NCBI GenBank assembly: GCA_046545955.1
Contig: JBKGYS010000001.1
Span: 1 to 60,867, forward strand
Length of the DNA: 60,867 nucleotides
Direction of reading: 5' to 3'
Source: Spirochaetales bacterium
GTDB taxonomy: Bacteria; Spirochaetota; Spirochaetia; DSM-27196; SKKC01
The notes beneath the pieces are model-generated. The model did not search any database. It saw only the letters and a list, made by a program, of their open reading frames with translations, and was not told the DNA's origin. Shown piece by piece: positions 9,403-18,799 of this stretch; within the stretch, counting starts at the first letter, position 1, and each line of letters opens with the position of its first letter. The position numbers were made by a program, and so were the translations under genes.

Positions 9403-10176
9403 TCACGGGTCGGCGGCGTCGCCGCCGTAGCGAGCGGCGAGACGACGCAAAGTCTGAGCGTCCCGGTAGAACGCATCCACCCGGTTGCCTTCCACCCCTC
9501 TGAGGCAGAGCCAGTGATCGTCGTCTACGTTGCGAAGGACCTCGAGGTATTCAGCCCATCGGTCGGTTGTCTCGCTGAGCATAGTAGTCTCGGCGCGTTC
9601 GTCGACACCGGTACAGTGAACTCCGAGCACGGCATCCTCTCCGGCACGAAGGTCTTCCAGATTTTCGTTCATGTTGCGGGCGTGCTGTGGATGCCAGAAC
9701 ACGTGTGCGGAATCGACCCGTGCTGCCGTCATTAATTCCATCGCTTCCCGAGCGCTACCGGCGAGAGACGAGGGATGCAGACCTATGGCGACAAGAATTC
9801 CCTGTCTTCCCGCCTGATCTACACAATCGGCGAGCGATTCGGCGACCCGAAGGCGCTGCTCTTTATCCGCGTCGCGAAGCGGCTGCCTGCCGGCGCGAAC
9901 ACGGATCGCCTCCGCGCCGAGGGTTCCGGCCGTGTCCACGATTTGCTCGATCGTTTTCCCTTCTTCAATCGGTTCATCGACCCCGTAGGATATAACCACC
10001 ATTCCTGCTTCCTCGGTGACGATCCGTGCGTGCCTGGCCGCCTCGGTGTCGCCGAGCGGCACGTGGCAGCCGCCCTCCCACTCGATCCCCTCGATGCCGG
10101 CCGCTTGCGCGAGCCCGACGATACGCCTGGGGAATTGTTCGGGGAAGGTATCGGATGTAAGTCCGGAAAGCAGCAT
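9403..10176 (-). CDS. Xylose-isomerase-like TIM-barrel protein (sugar phosphate isomerase/epimerase family)
   Basis: 257 aa. The call rests on general resemblance to AP-endonuclease-2/xylose-isomerase-like barrels. I recognise no precise function. Confidence 0.55.
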   Translation of the reverse strand: MLLSGLTSDTFPEQFPRRIVGLAQAAGIEGIEWEGGCHVPLGDTEAARHARIVTEEAGMVVISYGVDEPIEEGKTIEQIVDTAGTLGAEAIRVRAGRQPLRDADKEQRLRVAESLADCVDQAGRQGILVAIGLHPSSLAGSAREAMELMTAARVDSAHVFWHPQHARNMNENLEDLRAGEDAVLGVHCTGVDERAETTMLSETTDRWAEYLEVLRNVDDDHWLCLRGVEGNRVDAFYRDAQTLRRLAARYGGDAADP

Positions 10177-10321
10177 GGTAGTACGAATCTCCGTGGCAAG
10201 CCCGAGCGCCCGTATTCTTGTGTACGCCGAGAGCCGATGTCAAGGCGAACTCACACACGGTGCGCGGGTTTTTCTACTTGCCTGTTGTGTTCGTCACCGA
10301 TACGGTGACGGAAGGCTATCT

Positions 10322-11158
10322 ATGTACATACCAACCGAGGTTGTCGCAATTGGGATTACGCTGTTACTGGTACTCGCGGTCGTACTCGCGATTATCGGTT
10401 TGCGACGGTCGGCTTCATCGGGGAGCGAGGCAGTTGCCAGGGTGGAGGGTCGCCTTGCCGAAATTGAGGCGATTTCAAACCGGGTCGATGAACTCGCCGC
10501 TCTGTTCGCTGTGCCGCGCACCCGGGGAGAAGTCGGTGAAATGGTACTTTCCGACCTCCTGGCCAACTATCTGCCCGGCGAAGCCTACAGTCTGCAACAC
10601 GGGTTTTCCGACGGCGGCAGGGTCGACGCGGCGATTCGACTCTCGGAAACCATAGTTCCGGTCGACGCAAAGTTCCCGCTCGAGGCGCTGCGACGCCACG
10701 ACCAGGAACACCCCGATAAGAGCGAGTTACCCGCATCGGTACGAAAGACATTCGTGTCGCACGCGAAAACGATCGCCTCGCGCTACATTCGACCCGAAGA
10801 GGGCACTATGGATTTCGCGCTCATGTATATACCGAGCGAAGGCATATACCACCGTGTATTCGTTACCGATCCAGGTGACACAATGCGCGAAGTCCTATCG
10901 CTGCGCGTCGTTCCGGTGAGCCCGGGAACTCTGTTTCTTTATCTCCTTACCGTTTCTTACGGCTTACGGGGGCTCGCGTTCAGCAGGGAGCGAAACGAGC
11001 TTATCTCGCACGTAAGCGCCGTCCGCCGGGAGTTCAACGAGCTTTCGCGCACGGTCGACCTCCTCAGGGGTCACCTGAAGAACGCGACGAGAGCGGCGGA
11101 TGAATGTGACACACGCCTTTCGTCTCTCGATCGCGGCCTTCACCGGCTCGAAGAGTAA
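10322..11158 (+). CDS. rmuC: RmuC-family DNA recombination protein (compact form)
   Basis: The start is set to ATG 10322 (MYIPTEVVAIGITLLL...), because the longer track ORF from 10016 overlaps the divergent gene. It has an N-terminal TM, a coiled coil, and an RmuC-like core (VPVDAKFPLEA; FALMYIPSEGIY). Confidence 0.7.
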   Translation: MYIPTEVVAIGITLLLVLAVVLAIIGLRRSASSGSEAVARVEGRLAEIEAISNRVDELAALFAVPRTRGEVGEMVLSDLLANYLPGEAYSLQHGFSDGGRVDAAIRLSETIVPVDAKFPLEALRRHDQEHPDKSELPASVRKTFVSHAKTIASRYIRPEEGTMDFALMYIPSEGIYHRVFVTDPGDTMREVLSLRVVPVSPGTLFLYLLTVSYGLRGLAFSRERNELISHVSAVRREFNELSRTVDLLRGHLKNATRAADECDTRLSSLDRGLHRLEE

Positions 11159-12245
11159 TCTGCACCGGCAGATGGTCGGAATAGCCGCTTGCCCGGTCCG
11201 ACCGCCAGCGCATAGGCGCACCGGCGGAGGTGAGCATGTACGGTTCGGCAATCACTTCGAACTCGCCGGCGTATAATCCTCTCGATGTCTCGCCGGACGT
11301 ACACCCGACGAATCCCGGACCAAGAAGTATGTGGTCAAGGCTGTTCCACGCGCCCCGAAACACATACGTGCCGGGAGGCCCTGAGTCGGCCCCGTCGGGC
11401 CGCCCCTCCCCGCGCGCCGTCCACGGCGAATACAGCAGCACCCCGTCTTCGCTTATTTCAGAGCGCTCCGGCCGGCTCGTGAGAAATATTCCGTCGCGCG
11501 GATCGTACTTACCGAGAAGCGCCTCCGGCCGCAACGCTGTCGAGTAGGCTCCGTCGAGTCGTGTATACTCGTCGGCGTTCACGTTGAGGTCCCCGGCCAC
11601 GATGACACGCGGCCCACCCTCGGAATACGTCTCGCGAATACGGCGAACGAGAACAGCGGCCGCCTCGCGACGCGCCGGTTCGGTTTCCGCTTCGCCGCCG
11701 GCTTTCGAGTGCCAGTGGTTTACGAATAGCCGTATCGGGTGGACGAACCATTCGATATCGACCTCGAGTATATAGCGCCCAGGAGAGGCCTCGGGTAGCG
11801 ATAGCGCGTGCGTGCGTACCGAAATAATCGGATAGCGAGAGAATACGGCGTTGTGAAACGGACCGGAGTTGGCGACGAGAGCCGTATACCGGTAGCCCAA
11901 GGGCCCGAGCTCCGTCGCGAGATCGTCGATCACCCTGTGGTTTTCCACTTCCTGCAGGGCAAGCACATCCGCTCCGTGTCCGCCACCGAGCTCGGCGATA
12001 ACCTTTGCCGTATTCTCGAGACTCCGCGCGTACCGGTTCGCACCCCAGCTGTCTGTTCCCGGATCGAAGGCCTGGTATTCACTCCCATCGTAGACCGCGT
12101 CGAAGAGGTTTTCGACGTTGTAGCTTGCAAGAACAAGTTCTTCGCGATTTGCCCGCGTCGCACAGCGGGGAAACACGAGCGCGGCAGCCAGAATAATCAG
12201 CCGGCCGAGTACTGGGACGACTTTCGACACAGCGGCACCCTCCAC
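11064..12245 (-). CDS. Endonuclease/exonuclease/phosphatase (EEP) family protein, secreted or membrane-anchored
   Basis: 393 aa with an N-terminal hydrophobic segment. EEP motifs are SYNVENLF, LALQEV and SDHLPV. The last 95 nt overlap the 3' end of rmuC. Confidence 0.75.
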   Translation of the reverse strand: MEGAAVSKVVPVLGRLIILAAALVFPRCATRANREELVLASYNVENLFDAVYDGSEYQAFDPGTDSWGANRYARSLENTAKVIAELGGGHGADVLALQEVENHRVIDDLATELGPLGYRYTALVANSGPFHNAVFSRYPIISVRTHALSLPEASPGRYILEVDIEWFVHPIRLFVNHWHSKAGGEAETEPARREAAAVLVRRIRETYSEGGPRVIVAGDLNVNADEYTRLDGAYSTALRPEALLGKYDPRDGIFLTSRPERSEISEDGVLLYSPWTARGEGRPDGADSGPPGTYVFRGAWNSLDHILLGPGFVGCTSGETSRGLYAGEFEVIAEPYMLTSAGAPMRWRSDRASGYSDHLPVQITLRAGEGRDRETKGVCHIHPPLSSRSSGDP

Positions 12246-12298
12246 CGTATACTACAAGCCGAGGTGCGACGTAATTTTTGGTGAGATCGAGGAAGACT

Positions 12299-13270
12299 TC
12301 AGCGAGTGTTTCCGGCGCGGCTGTAAAGGTCGATAACCCGGTCGACTTCCCGGTCCGGATCCTGAGCCATTGGTTCGAACTCTGCACCGGTTAGCCGTTC
12401 AACCGCCTCGATGTAGCGACCGGCAAGCTCTATAACCACATCTTCGGGTATCTCCGGCGGCGTGCCCTCGCCCGAATATCCCTTCCCGAGCAACCAGGCC
12501 CGAAGGAACTCCTTATCGAGGTGGTACTGCTCTTGCCCGGCGCTGAATTGTCGTTCGTAATCGTCGGCCTTCCAGTAGCGCGAGCTATCGGGGGTATGAA
12601 GCTCATCGATGAGGGTGAGCGTTCCATCCGCATCGAGGCCGAACTCGTATTTTGTGTCGACGAGGATCAGCCCTGCCTCCGCGGACAACGCGCTGCCGCG
12701 TTCGTACAGCGCGAGGGCCGTTTCGCGGATCTGCTGCCAAAGCGCCTGCTCGACGACACCCGATTCGATAATCTCCCGCTCGGATACCGGACGATCGTGC
12801 CCTTCGGTTTCCTTGGTCGACGGTGTTACCAGTGGTTCGGGCAGGCGTTCGTTTTTTGAGAGGCCCTCCGCGAGCCTGACGCCGGAAACCGGTTTGCCCT
12901 CGCGGTAGTCCCGCCAGGCACTGCCGGAGAGGTAACCGCGCACGACGACTTCGATCGGAATCATCCGGCACTTCTTCACCCGTGTCGTGCGCGGTGTCAC
13001 CATTTCCACGATGTGGTTCGCGACGATATCGCGCGTTTGGGAAAACCAGTAGAGGCTCATACGGTTGAGCAGTTCGCCCTTACACGGCACGAGCGCCAGC
13101 ACCCGGTCAAAGGCGCTGACACGATCGCTTGAGGTAATGAGCAGTTCGTCGCCGAGATCGACAATTTCCCGGACCTTCCCGTGCGTAACCGGAATGGACT
13201 CGGGTAACGCCTCGTCCGGTAAGCCCGAAAAGGAGACCGGCAGGTAGCTGCGCATCCAGTCAGCACGCAT
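12299..13270 (-). CDS. purC: Phosphoribosylaminoimidazole-succinocarboxamide (SAICAR) synthase, long form
   Basis: 323 aa with GKVREIV, SSDRVSAFD, LILVDTKYEFG and the C-terminal DKEFLRAW. Confidence 0.85.
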   Translation of the reverse strand: MRADWMRSYLPVSFSGLPDEALPESIPVTHGKVREIVDLGDELLITSSDRVSAFDRVLALVPCKGELLNRMSLYWFSQTRDIVANHIVEMVTPRTTRVKKCRMIPIEVVVRGYLSGSAWRDYREGKPVSGVRLAEGLSKNERLPEPLVTPSTKETEGHDRPVSEREIIESGVVEQALWQQIRETALALYERGSALSAEAGLILVDTKYEFGLDADGTLTLIDELHTPDSSRYWKADDYERQFSAGQEQYHLDKEFLRAWLLGKGYSGEGTPPEIPEDVVIELAGRYIEAVERLTGAEFEPMAQDPDREVDRVIDLYSRAGNTR

Positions 13271-13281
13271 AGGGTATCGTC

Positions 13282-13899
13282 CTAAGCGTCAAGCTCGCTG
13301 CGAGAGGTAATAATGCGCGAAACAAGGCCGTAGTTTTTTGCTTCTTCGGCATTCATCCAGAAATCGCGGTCGGTATCCTGTTCGACCTTCGAAAGGTCCT
13401 GGCCGGTTTCCTCGCTGATGAGCTTGTTAATTCGTTCGCGGGTTTTCTGAAGCTCCTTTGCGTGGATCTCGATGTCCGTCGCGACGCCTCGCATACCCGA
13501 GAGCGGCTGATGGATAAGGTAGTGACTGTTCGGCGTCGCGAGTCTCTTATCTGAGGGCGCCGCGAGCAGGATAAGAGCCCCGGCGCTGGCGACCAGTCCC
13601 ATCCCGACTGTGTACACGTCCGGTTTCACGAAGCGCATCATATCAAAAATCGCGTAGCCGGCGTCGGCGTCGCCACCGGGTGAATCGATGAAAACACGAA
13701 TCGGATCGTCGCCTTCGGACTCGAGCAGCAGCAACTGCCGCACCACCCGCTCGGCGAGCGCCTTATTCACCTCTCCGGAGAGGAGAATCGTGCGCGTTTT
13801 CATCATCTTGTTCATGAGCGCTTCAGCGTTATGCTCATTTTCTTTCGTCTGCTCGTCTTCTTCGTCCCCGTCGAATCGAAGGACTTGATCATTCTGCAT
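13282..13899 (-). CDS. clpP: ClpP-family serine protease subunit (paralog type with non-canonical acidic N-terminus)
   Basis: The catalytic triad context is GLVASAGA (Ser), YLIHQP (His) and DTDRDFWM (Asp). I prefer the start at ATG 13899 (MQNDQ...) because GGAG lies 8 nt upstream. The track ORF start at 13965 would overlap era. Confidence 0.8.
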   Translation of the reverse strand: MQNDQVLRFDGDEEDEQTKENEHNAEALMNKMMKTRTILLSGEVNKALAERVVRQLLLLESEGDDPIRVFIDSPGGDADAGYAIFDMMRFVKPDVYTVGMGLVASAGALILLAAPSDKRLATPNSHYLIHQPLSGMRGVATDIEIHAKELQKTRERINKLISEETGQDLSKVEQDTDRDFWMNAEEAKNYGLVSRIITSRSELDA

Positions 13900-13953
13900 T
13901 CTGTATTCTCCGTTTCCCATTATTGTTGCTGTGTGAGTATAATACTCGCGGCT

Positions 13954-14844
13954 ATGCACGAGCAAACTGACCGTACAAAGAGCGCCATTGTCACGATTAT
14001 CGGACGACCCTCGGTCGGCAAGTCAACGCTGATCAACCGTATCTGCGGTCATAAGATTTCGATTGTCACGCCGACTCCGCAAACAACCCGCAATCGTATT
14101 CGTGGAATTGTAACCGAAGCGCGCGGACAATTGGTGTTCGTAGACACCCCCGGATACCACAACAGCGAGAAGAAGTTCAACCTGGCCATGCGGTCCCTGG
14201 TAACCGAAGAGCTCGAAGATAGCGATATAATCCTTGTCGTGATCGACATGTCCCGCGACGGCGGAGAGGAAGAGCAGGCCTTGATCGACCTCGTGGCAGG
14301 ATCTCGCGAGAAAACAATTGTCGCTATGAACAAGTCCGATACGCCGCTTCGCTCGCCTGTGGATCTGACCGCGGCGCTCGAGCCGTTGGTGAGGGAAAGC
14401 ATCGCCGTGAGTGCGACAACCGGTGACGGTATTCCGGCGTTGACCGACGCGCTGTTCGAAGCCGCGCCTGAAGGACCTGCGATGTATCCCGAGGAATTCT
14501 ATACCGACCAGGAGCCCACGTTCAGGATCGCCGAGATTGTACGCGAACACGCCATGCTGCGAACGAAGCAGGAGCTTCCGCACGCTCTTTATGTCGATGT
14601 TTCGGATATCGCCGCTGATCCATCCGGCCGATCGCTCAATGCCCGCGCGATTATCTACGTCGAGCGCGAATCGCAAAAGGGCATAGTCGTAGGGCGCGGA
14701 GCGCAGATGATCAAGGAAATCCGTGTTTCGAGCGAAAAGGATCTCTCCGATATTTTCGAGCGCCGGGTCAAGCTCGACCTGCGGGTGAAAGTGCATCCGA
14801 AGTGGCGGCAGCGCGATCGAACGATCGGAAAACTCGTTCGCTGA
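13954..14844 (+). CDS. era: GTPase Era
   Basis: The start is ATG 13954 (MHEQTDRTKSAIVTIIGRPSVGKSTLIN). G motifs are GRPSVGKS, DTPG and NKSD, with a C-terminal KH domain (VKVHPKWRQ). Confidence 0.9.
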   Translation: MHEQTDRTKSAIVTIIGRPSVGKSTLINRICGHKISIVTPTPQTTRNRIRGIVTEARGQLVFVDTPGYHNSEKKFNLAMRSLVTEELEDSDIILVVIDMSRDGGEEEQALIDLVAGSREKTIVAMNKSDTPLRSPVDLTAALEPLVRESIAVSATTGDGIPALTDALFEAAPEGPAMYPEEFYTDQEPTFRIAEIVREHAMLRTKQELPHALYVDVSDIAADPSGRSLNARAIIYVERESQKGIVVGRGAQMIKEIRVSSEKDLSDIFERRVKLDLRVKVHPKWRQRDRTIGKLVR

Positions 14845-14871
14845 GAGCCGCCGGCGAGCCCGGTCGCATAG

Positions 14872-15594
14872 TCAAGGCAGGTATCCGGCCCGAGTGCGCG
14901 TCACCGAGCCGTCGCTCTCAGCGGTAAACACGTCGAAGGTGCGCCGCGCGAAAATTCCGCAGCCGACTACCCCGGGTATACACTCGAACTCATCCTCGAG
15001 AACGGTAGGATCGACTGCCGCGTCGAGCCGCACATCGACAAGGTGGTTTCCGTTATCGGTTACAACCGGTCCCATTTTCCCCGAACCTTCTCTGACCGTG
15101 TGCTGATATCCGCGCCGCGCGAGCTCGCGCGATACCGTGGGCACGGCGAACGGGACAACTTCCAGGGGTACGGGAAATGAAACCCCGAGCGCCTCGACAT
15201 GTTTGTCGCGCGTGACCGTAATCGCGACAGTCTCTGCCGCGTACGCAACGACTTTCTCACGGACGAGCGCCGCGCCTCCGCCCTTCACCAGCCGACCGGA
15301 ACCGTCGACTTCGTCGGCTCCGTCGATGACAAGGTCGAGTATCCCGCCGACGCGTGGGTCGGCAAGCGTTGTCGGCGACAGGCCCGCGCGAAAACACTCA
15401 GACTCCGACTGGCTCGAGGTGACGACCACGACGATGTCTTTGACGTCACCGGCGGCGACGCGCTCACCAATTCGTCGAATGGCCCACATGGCCGTCGATC
15501 CGGTTCCCATACCGATACGCATCCCCGACTCCACAAGACGATCGGCCGCCTCGTAGCCCACCTTCTGTTTCGGGTTCAACTTATCGCCGGCCAT
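14872..15594 (-). CDS. rpiA: Ribose-5-phosphate isomerase A
   Basis: 240 aa with GMGTGST, DGADEVD and KGGGAALVREK. Confidence 0.85.
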   Translation of the reverse strand: MAGDKLNPKQKVGYEAADRLVESGMRIGMGTGSTAMWAIRRIGERVAAGDVKDIVVVVTSSQSESECFRAGLSPTTLADPRVGGILDLVIDGADEVDGSGRLVKGGGAALVREKVVAYAAETVAITVTRDKHVEALGVSFPVPLEVVPFAVPTVSRELARRGYQHTVREGSGKMGPVVTDNGNHLVDVRLDAAVDPTVLEDEFECIPGVVGCGIFARRTFDVFTAESDGSVTRTRAGYLP

Positions 15595-15636
15595 AGTTCC
15601 TCACTTTCGGATTCTTTTCACCGTTTACGAGCATCC

Positions 15637-17238
15637 CTATTCACGGTACGGAGCAAATATATCGAGCACCGTTTCCCTGCCGAGCGTCTTCAGGAACCCG
15701 GCGAGTCTCGGCCCTTTCTCTTTTCCGATAAGCACGTGGTAAAGCGAAGTAAAAAAGTCCGCCGGCACAATGCCGTGGGCACGCGCGGTGTCGTAGACGG
15801 CGGTTTGAAGGCTTTTCTCGTCGTGCTCGTCAAACCGTAGTTCGATTTCGTCGGCAAGCGCGCGAAGCGCAGCCAAATGCTCCGCTTCGAGCGAGACAGG
15901 CTCATCGGAAGACGACTTCAGGGCAAAGCGAAACTCGTCGGGCGCGTAATGCTCGATCCAGAACCACGCGCATCCGGCGCGGACGCGAGCGCGTTCGCGG
16001 TCGGCGCCGCCGAGCCCACCGAAGCGCTCGAGCGCTTGCTCTATATCGCCTGCGGTAATGAGAAGCAGGTTACAGAGGTGGCGGAACGGCACCTGCCGTG
16101 GCGGGGCCTGCGGGGTAACATCAACCTGAGATAACTCGTAGATCCGCGATTCCTTGAGCCGCTTTTTCTCACCGACTTCTTCGAGACCGAAGTAAATGCG
16201 TTCGCACCGGTCGTAATCCTCGTAGATTTTTATGACGTCGAGATCGAAGCTTATAGCGAACTCGGCGTTGGGACGCGTGCCGGCGAAAAGATAACGGACA
16301 ATTTCCGGCTGGTAGACCTTGAGTACGTCGTCTACCGCAACGACCTCGCCGGAGGACGAGCTTATCTTGCCTCCCATGCCCTTAATGCTCAAAAAATCGT
16401 ACTTGAAACTCACCGGCGCACGGTAGTCATAGACCTTCGCCGCGATATCCTTGGCGGTATCGAAGCTTCCGCCGGCCGAATGATGTTCTTTTCCGGCGGG
16501 CTCGAAGTCGACGTGTTCGTACGCCCAACGCATCGGCCAATCCACCCGCCACGGCAGCTTCACGCATCCGGCGGTGCGAATATCCACGGTTTCGACGTTG
16601 CCGGTATCTTCGCAGCGGTAGCTCAGATTCCATTCGCCGTCCCATTCGAGGACCGTGGTGTTGTCCCGACCGGTGAAACGGCTGAACACGCTCACAGGCC
16701 ACCACTCCTCGGGGAGCGGGGTAGTGCGATGCTCGTTCAATACCGCACGGATATCGTCGCGGTGCTCGAGCGCGCGGCGCATCCCAAAGGCATAGTCGCC
16801 CCTCTGGTATCGCTCGGCCTGGTAGAGGTACTCGGGCCGTATACCGAGTGTCGGCAGCACCTTCTCAATACGACGCTCGTGCGCGCGCGCGTAGCTTTCG
16901 GTTTCCCCCCAGGGGTCCGGTACGTTCGTGATAGGAAGACGAAGGTGCTCCGCGAATCCCTCGGGGTCCGGAATATTTTTGGGGACTTTTCGAAACACGT
17001 CGTAGTCGTCCCACGAATACACGAATCGCACCGGCTCGCCCCGATCCCGAAGCGCTCGGGCGACGAGATCAACGCTGATTATTTCGCGGAAGTTTCCTAT
17101 GTGAATAGTACCCGACGGTGTTATACCGGAGGCGCACGTGTAGCGCTGCCGCCCGGTACGCTCGAGATTCCGTTCGCCGGTAATCCGGGCGGCGTAATTG
17201 TCGGCCCAGTGCGCCGCTTTATTCGTCTGTGCTGCCAT
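15637..17238 (-). CDS. lysK: Lysyl-tRNA synthetase, class I
   Basis: 533 aa. It has a class I HIGH-like motif (GTIHIGNFRE) and a KMSKS-like motif (GGKISSSSGE). There is no class II architecture. Confidence 0.85.
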   Translation of the reverse strand: MAAQTNKAAHWADNYAARITGERNLERTGRQRYTCASGITPSGTIHIGNFREIISVDLVARALRDRGEPVRFVYSWDDYDVFRKVPKNIPDPEGFAEHLRLPITNVPDPWGETESYARAHERRIEKVLPTLGIRPEYLYQAERYQRGDYAFGMRRALEHRDDIRAVLNEHRTTPLPEEWWPVSVFSRFTGRDNTTVLEWDGEWNLSYRCEDTGNVETVDIRTAGCVKLPWRVDWPMRWAYEHVDFEPAGKEHHSAGGSFDTAKDIAAKVYDYRAPVSFKYDFLSIKGMGGKISSSSGEVVAVDDVLKVYQPEIVRYLFAGTRPNAEFAISFDLDVIKIYEDYDRCERIYFGLEEVGEKKRLKESRIYELSQVDVTPQAPPRQVPFRHLCNLLLITAGDIEQALERFGGLGGADRERARVRAGCAWFWIEHYAPDEFRFALKSSSDEPVSLEAEHLAALRALADEIELRFDEHDEKSLQTAVYDTARAHGIVPADFFTSLYHVLIGKEKGPRLAGFLKTLGRETVLDIFAPYRE

Positions 17239-18034
17239 GCGGCAGAGTATAGCCGCGAGCGCTTCGGCGGGTAAACCACGATGCTATCGCGCTTCGCTTC
17301 CCTTTGCGCGGGAGAACGCCGGAATTCCAGAGCGAAATGAGCGAAACCGCGGCGATCGCGGCATATACCACAACTTTCTGTCCGGTAGCCTGGATTACGG
17401 TACCGGCGGGCGTGCTGATTTCAGGCCCAAAATAGATTAATCCCATATACGCAACAAGCACCAGGAGAAACGCCGCGTACACGTTTCGCCGCAGCGGTTC
17501 GGTTTCGGTACACAACAAAAGCGTGGTCGCGAATGGAAACAGCGTGAACGCGACATACACAAATTGAAAATGCAGCACGCGGAACAAGTCCGCCGGCGTG
17601 AGGCCGATTCCGATGAATCCCATCGCGGTCACCGTGCCGAGTACGCCGGCGGCTGCCGCGGTCAGCCGCGTCGCAAGACCGGCGCCAGGACGTAATCGAC
17701 TGCGTGCCTCCGTAATAAAAAACACTGCTGTGGCGATTCCGGCCGCTGCGGTTGAGCCGTTGAAAAGTACAAAGCTCAGCCATTTCGGGCCGGGCCTATA
17801 GCCGTGATAGTGCCCGAGATCGCTGAACGTATTGCGAAAAAAACTGTACCCTTCCGAAAGCGAATCAACGCGAGACCCTCCCGGATACGCCACCATCGCG
17901 ATTACGGTGAGAACGAAGAACGTTCCTCCAGCGACAGCGACGAACCGATACGCGCGCCGGTGGTCGCGCCCGGATTCGTGGGCCGGTCTGTTGCGGTTGG
18001 TTTTCGCAGAGTCAACGCTGGATTCCGGTTTCAT
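17219..18034 (-). CDS. Polytopic membrane protein (DUF998-like)
   Basis: The start is set to ATG 18034 (MKPESS...), because the longer ORF to 18382 overlaps rlpA. It has about 6 TM segments and a YPGG...FFRNTFSDLG motif. The 3' end overlaps the lysK start by 20 nt. Confidence 0.5.
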   Translation of the reverse strand: MKPESSVDSAKTNRNRPAHESGRDHRRAYRFVAVAGGTFFVLTVIAMVAYPGGSRVDSLSEGYSFFRNTFSDLGHYHGYRPGPKWLSFVLFNGSTAAAGIATAVFFITEARSRLRPGAGLATRLTAAAAGVLGTVTAMGFIGIGLTPADLFRVLHFQFVYVAFTLFPFATTLLLCTETEPLRRNVYAAFLLVLVAYMGLIYFGPEISTPAGTVIQATGQKVVVYAAIAAVSLISLWNSGVLPRKGKRSAIASWFTRRSARGYTLPHGSTDE

Positions 18035-18175
18035 GTACGCCGGCAGGATAGCCGTTACGGAGGCATTAGTGGAAGACGGGCGTTCGGCGTGCAAAACGCG
18101 ATGAACTGACGACCAACCTGCCTTCGAACCCTGAAGTCCCTTGAAACGCCGGCCACCTGTGCCGATACTCGCACT

Positions 18176-18799
18176 GTGGCGGCGGCTATCGTGAGTACAG
18201 TAGTGCTTTTTCTTACCCTTGCAGCTCCCGCGGGAGCGCAGATGAGTGGGCAGAACCAACCCGACTCGCCCGAGTGCGCGGAGTGGATCGAAGGTAATGC
18301 CGGCTGGTATGGAGCGCCGTATCAGGGAAGAGCGACCGCGTCGGGGGAACGCTTCGACCGTGGGGCCTTTACTGCAGCACACCGCACCCTTCCGTTCGGA
18401 AGCGAAGTAACGCTCCTTAATCCCAGTACCGATGCCGCCGTTACGGTACGAATCACCGACCGCGGCCCCTTCAGCGGAGACCTTATGATAGAGCTTTCCC
18501 AGGCAGCCGCCGAAGCGCTCGATATACTGCCGGACACGCAGGCGTCGGTTATGCTCTGCACGGACGTTGCCGACGAGGAGGAGAGACTGCTTCAGGTTTC
18601 ATCCTTTTCGCGCGAGAAGAGTGCGCGCGACACTCGCGATCGGCTGCGCGACGAGGGGTATAGCGCGCAAGTGATCCATGAGCAGGACCTGTACCGTGTA
18701 ATAGTGGAGATATCTCGAGCCGGGCGCATGAACGAGGTGCGCGCAGAGCTCGAAGAGCTCGGGTATCGCGGAGCATTTCCGTATACGCGCCCGCGCTGA
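18176..18799 (+). CDS. rlpA: Septal ring lytic transglycosylase RlpA-family protein with C-terminal SPOR-like domain
   Basis: GTG start and signal peptide. The DPBB motif is GWYGAPYQGRATASGERFDRGAFTAAHRTLPFGS...VRITDRGPF. The C-terminal about 70 aa are SPOR-like. Confidence 0.8.
   Translation: MAAAIVSTVVLFLTLAAPAGAQMSGQNQPDSPECAEWIEGNAGWYGAPYQGRATASGERFDRGAFTAAHRTLPFGSEVTLLNPSTDAAVTVRITDRGPFSGDLMIELSQAAAEALDILPDTQASVMLCTDVADEEERLLQVSSFSREKSARDTRDRLRDEGYSAQVIHEQDLYRVIVEISRAGRMNEVRAELEELGYRGAFPYTRPR

Noticed and set aside
10016-10321. Long N-terminal extensions offered by the ORF track: rmuC from 10016, the MTase-like gene from 26068, the DUF998-like gene to 18382, rpsB from 39501, era from 13831, GH13 from 32010, amtB from 56382, and the Bat membrane gene to 2701.
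   Set aside because: Each extension overlaps a neighbouring well-supported gene or lacks an SD. In each case an internal start restores the canonical family N-terminus, usually with an SD or a coupling overlap.
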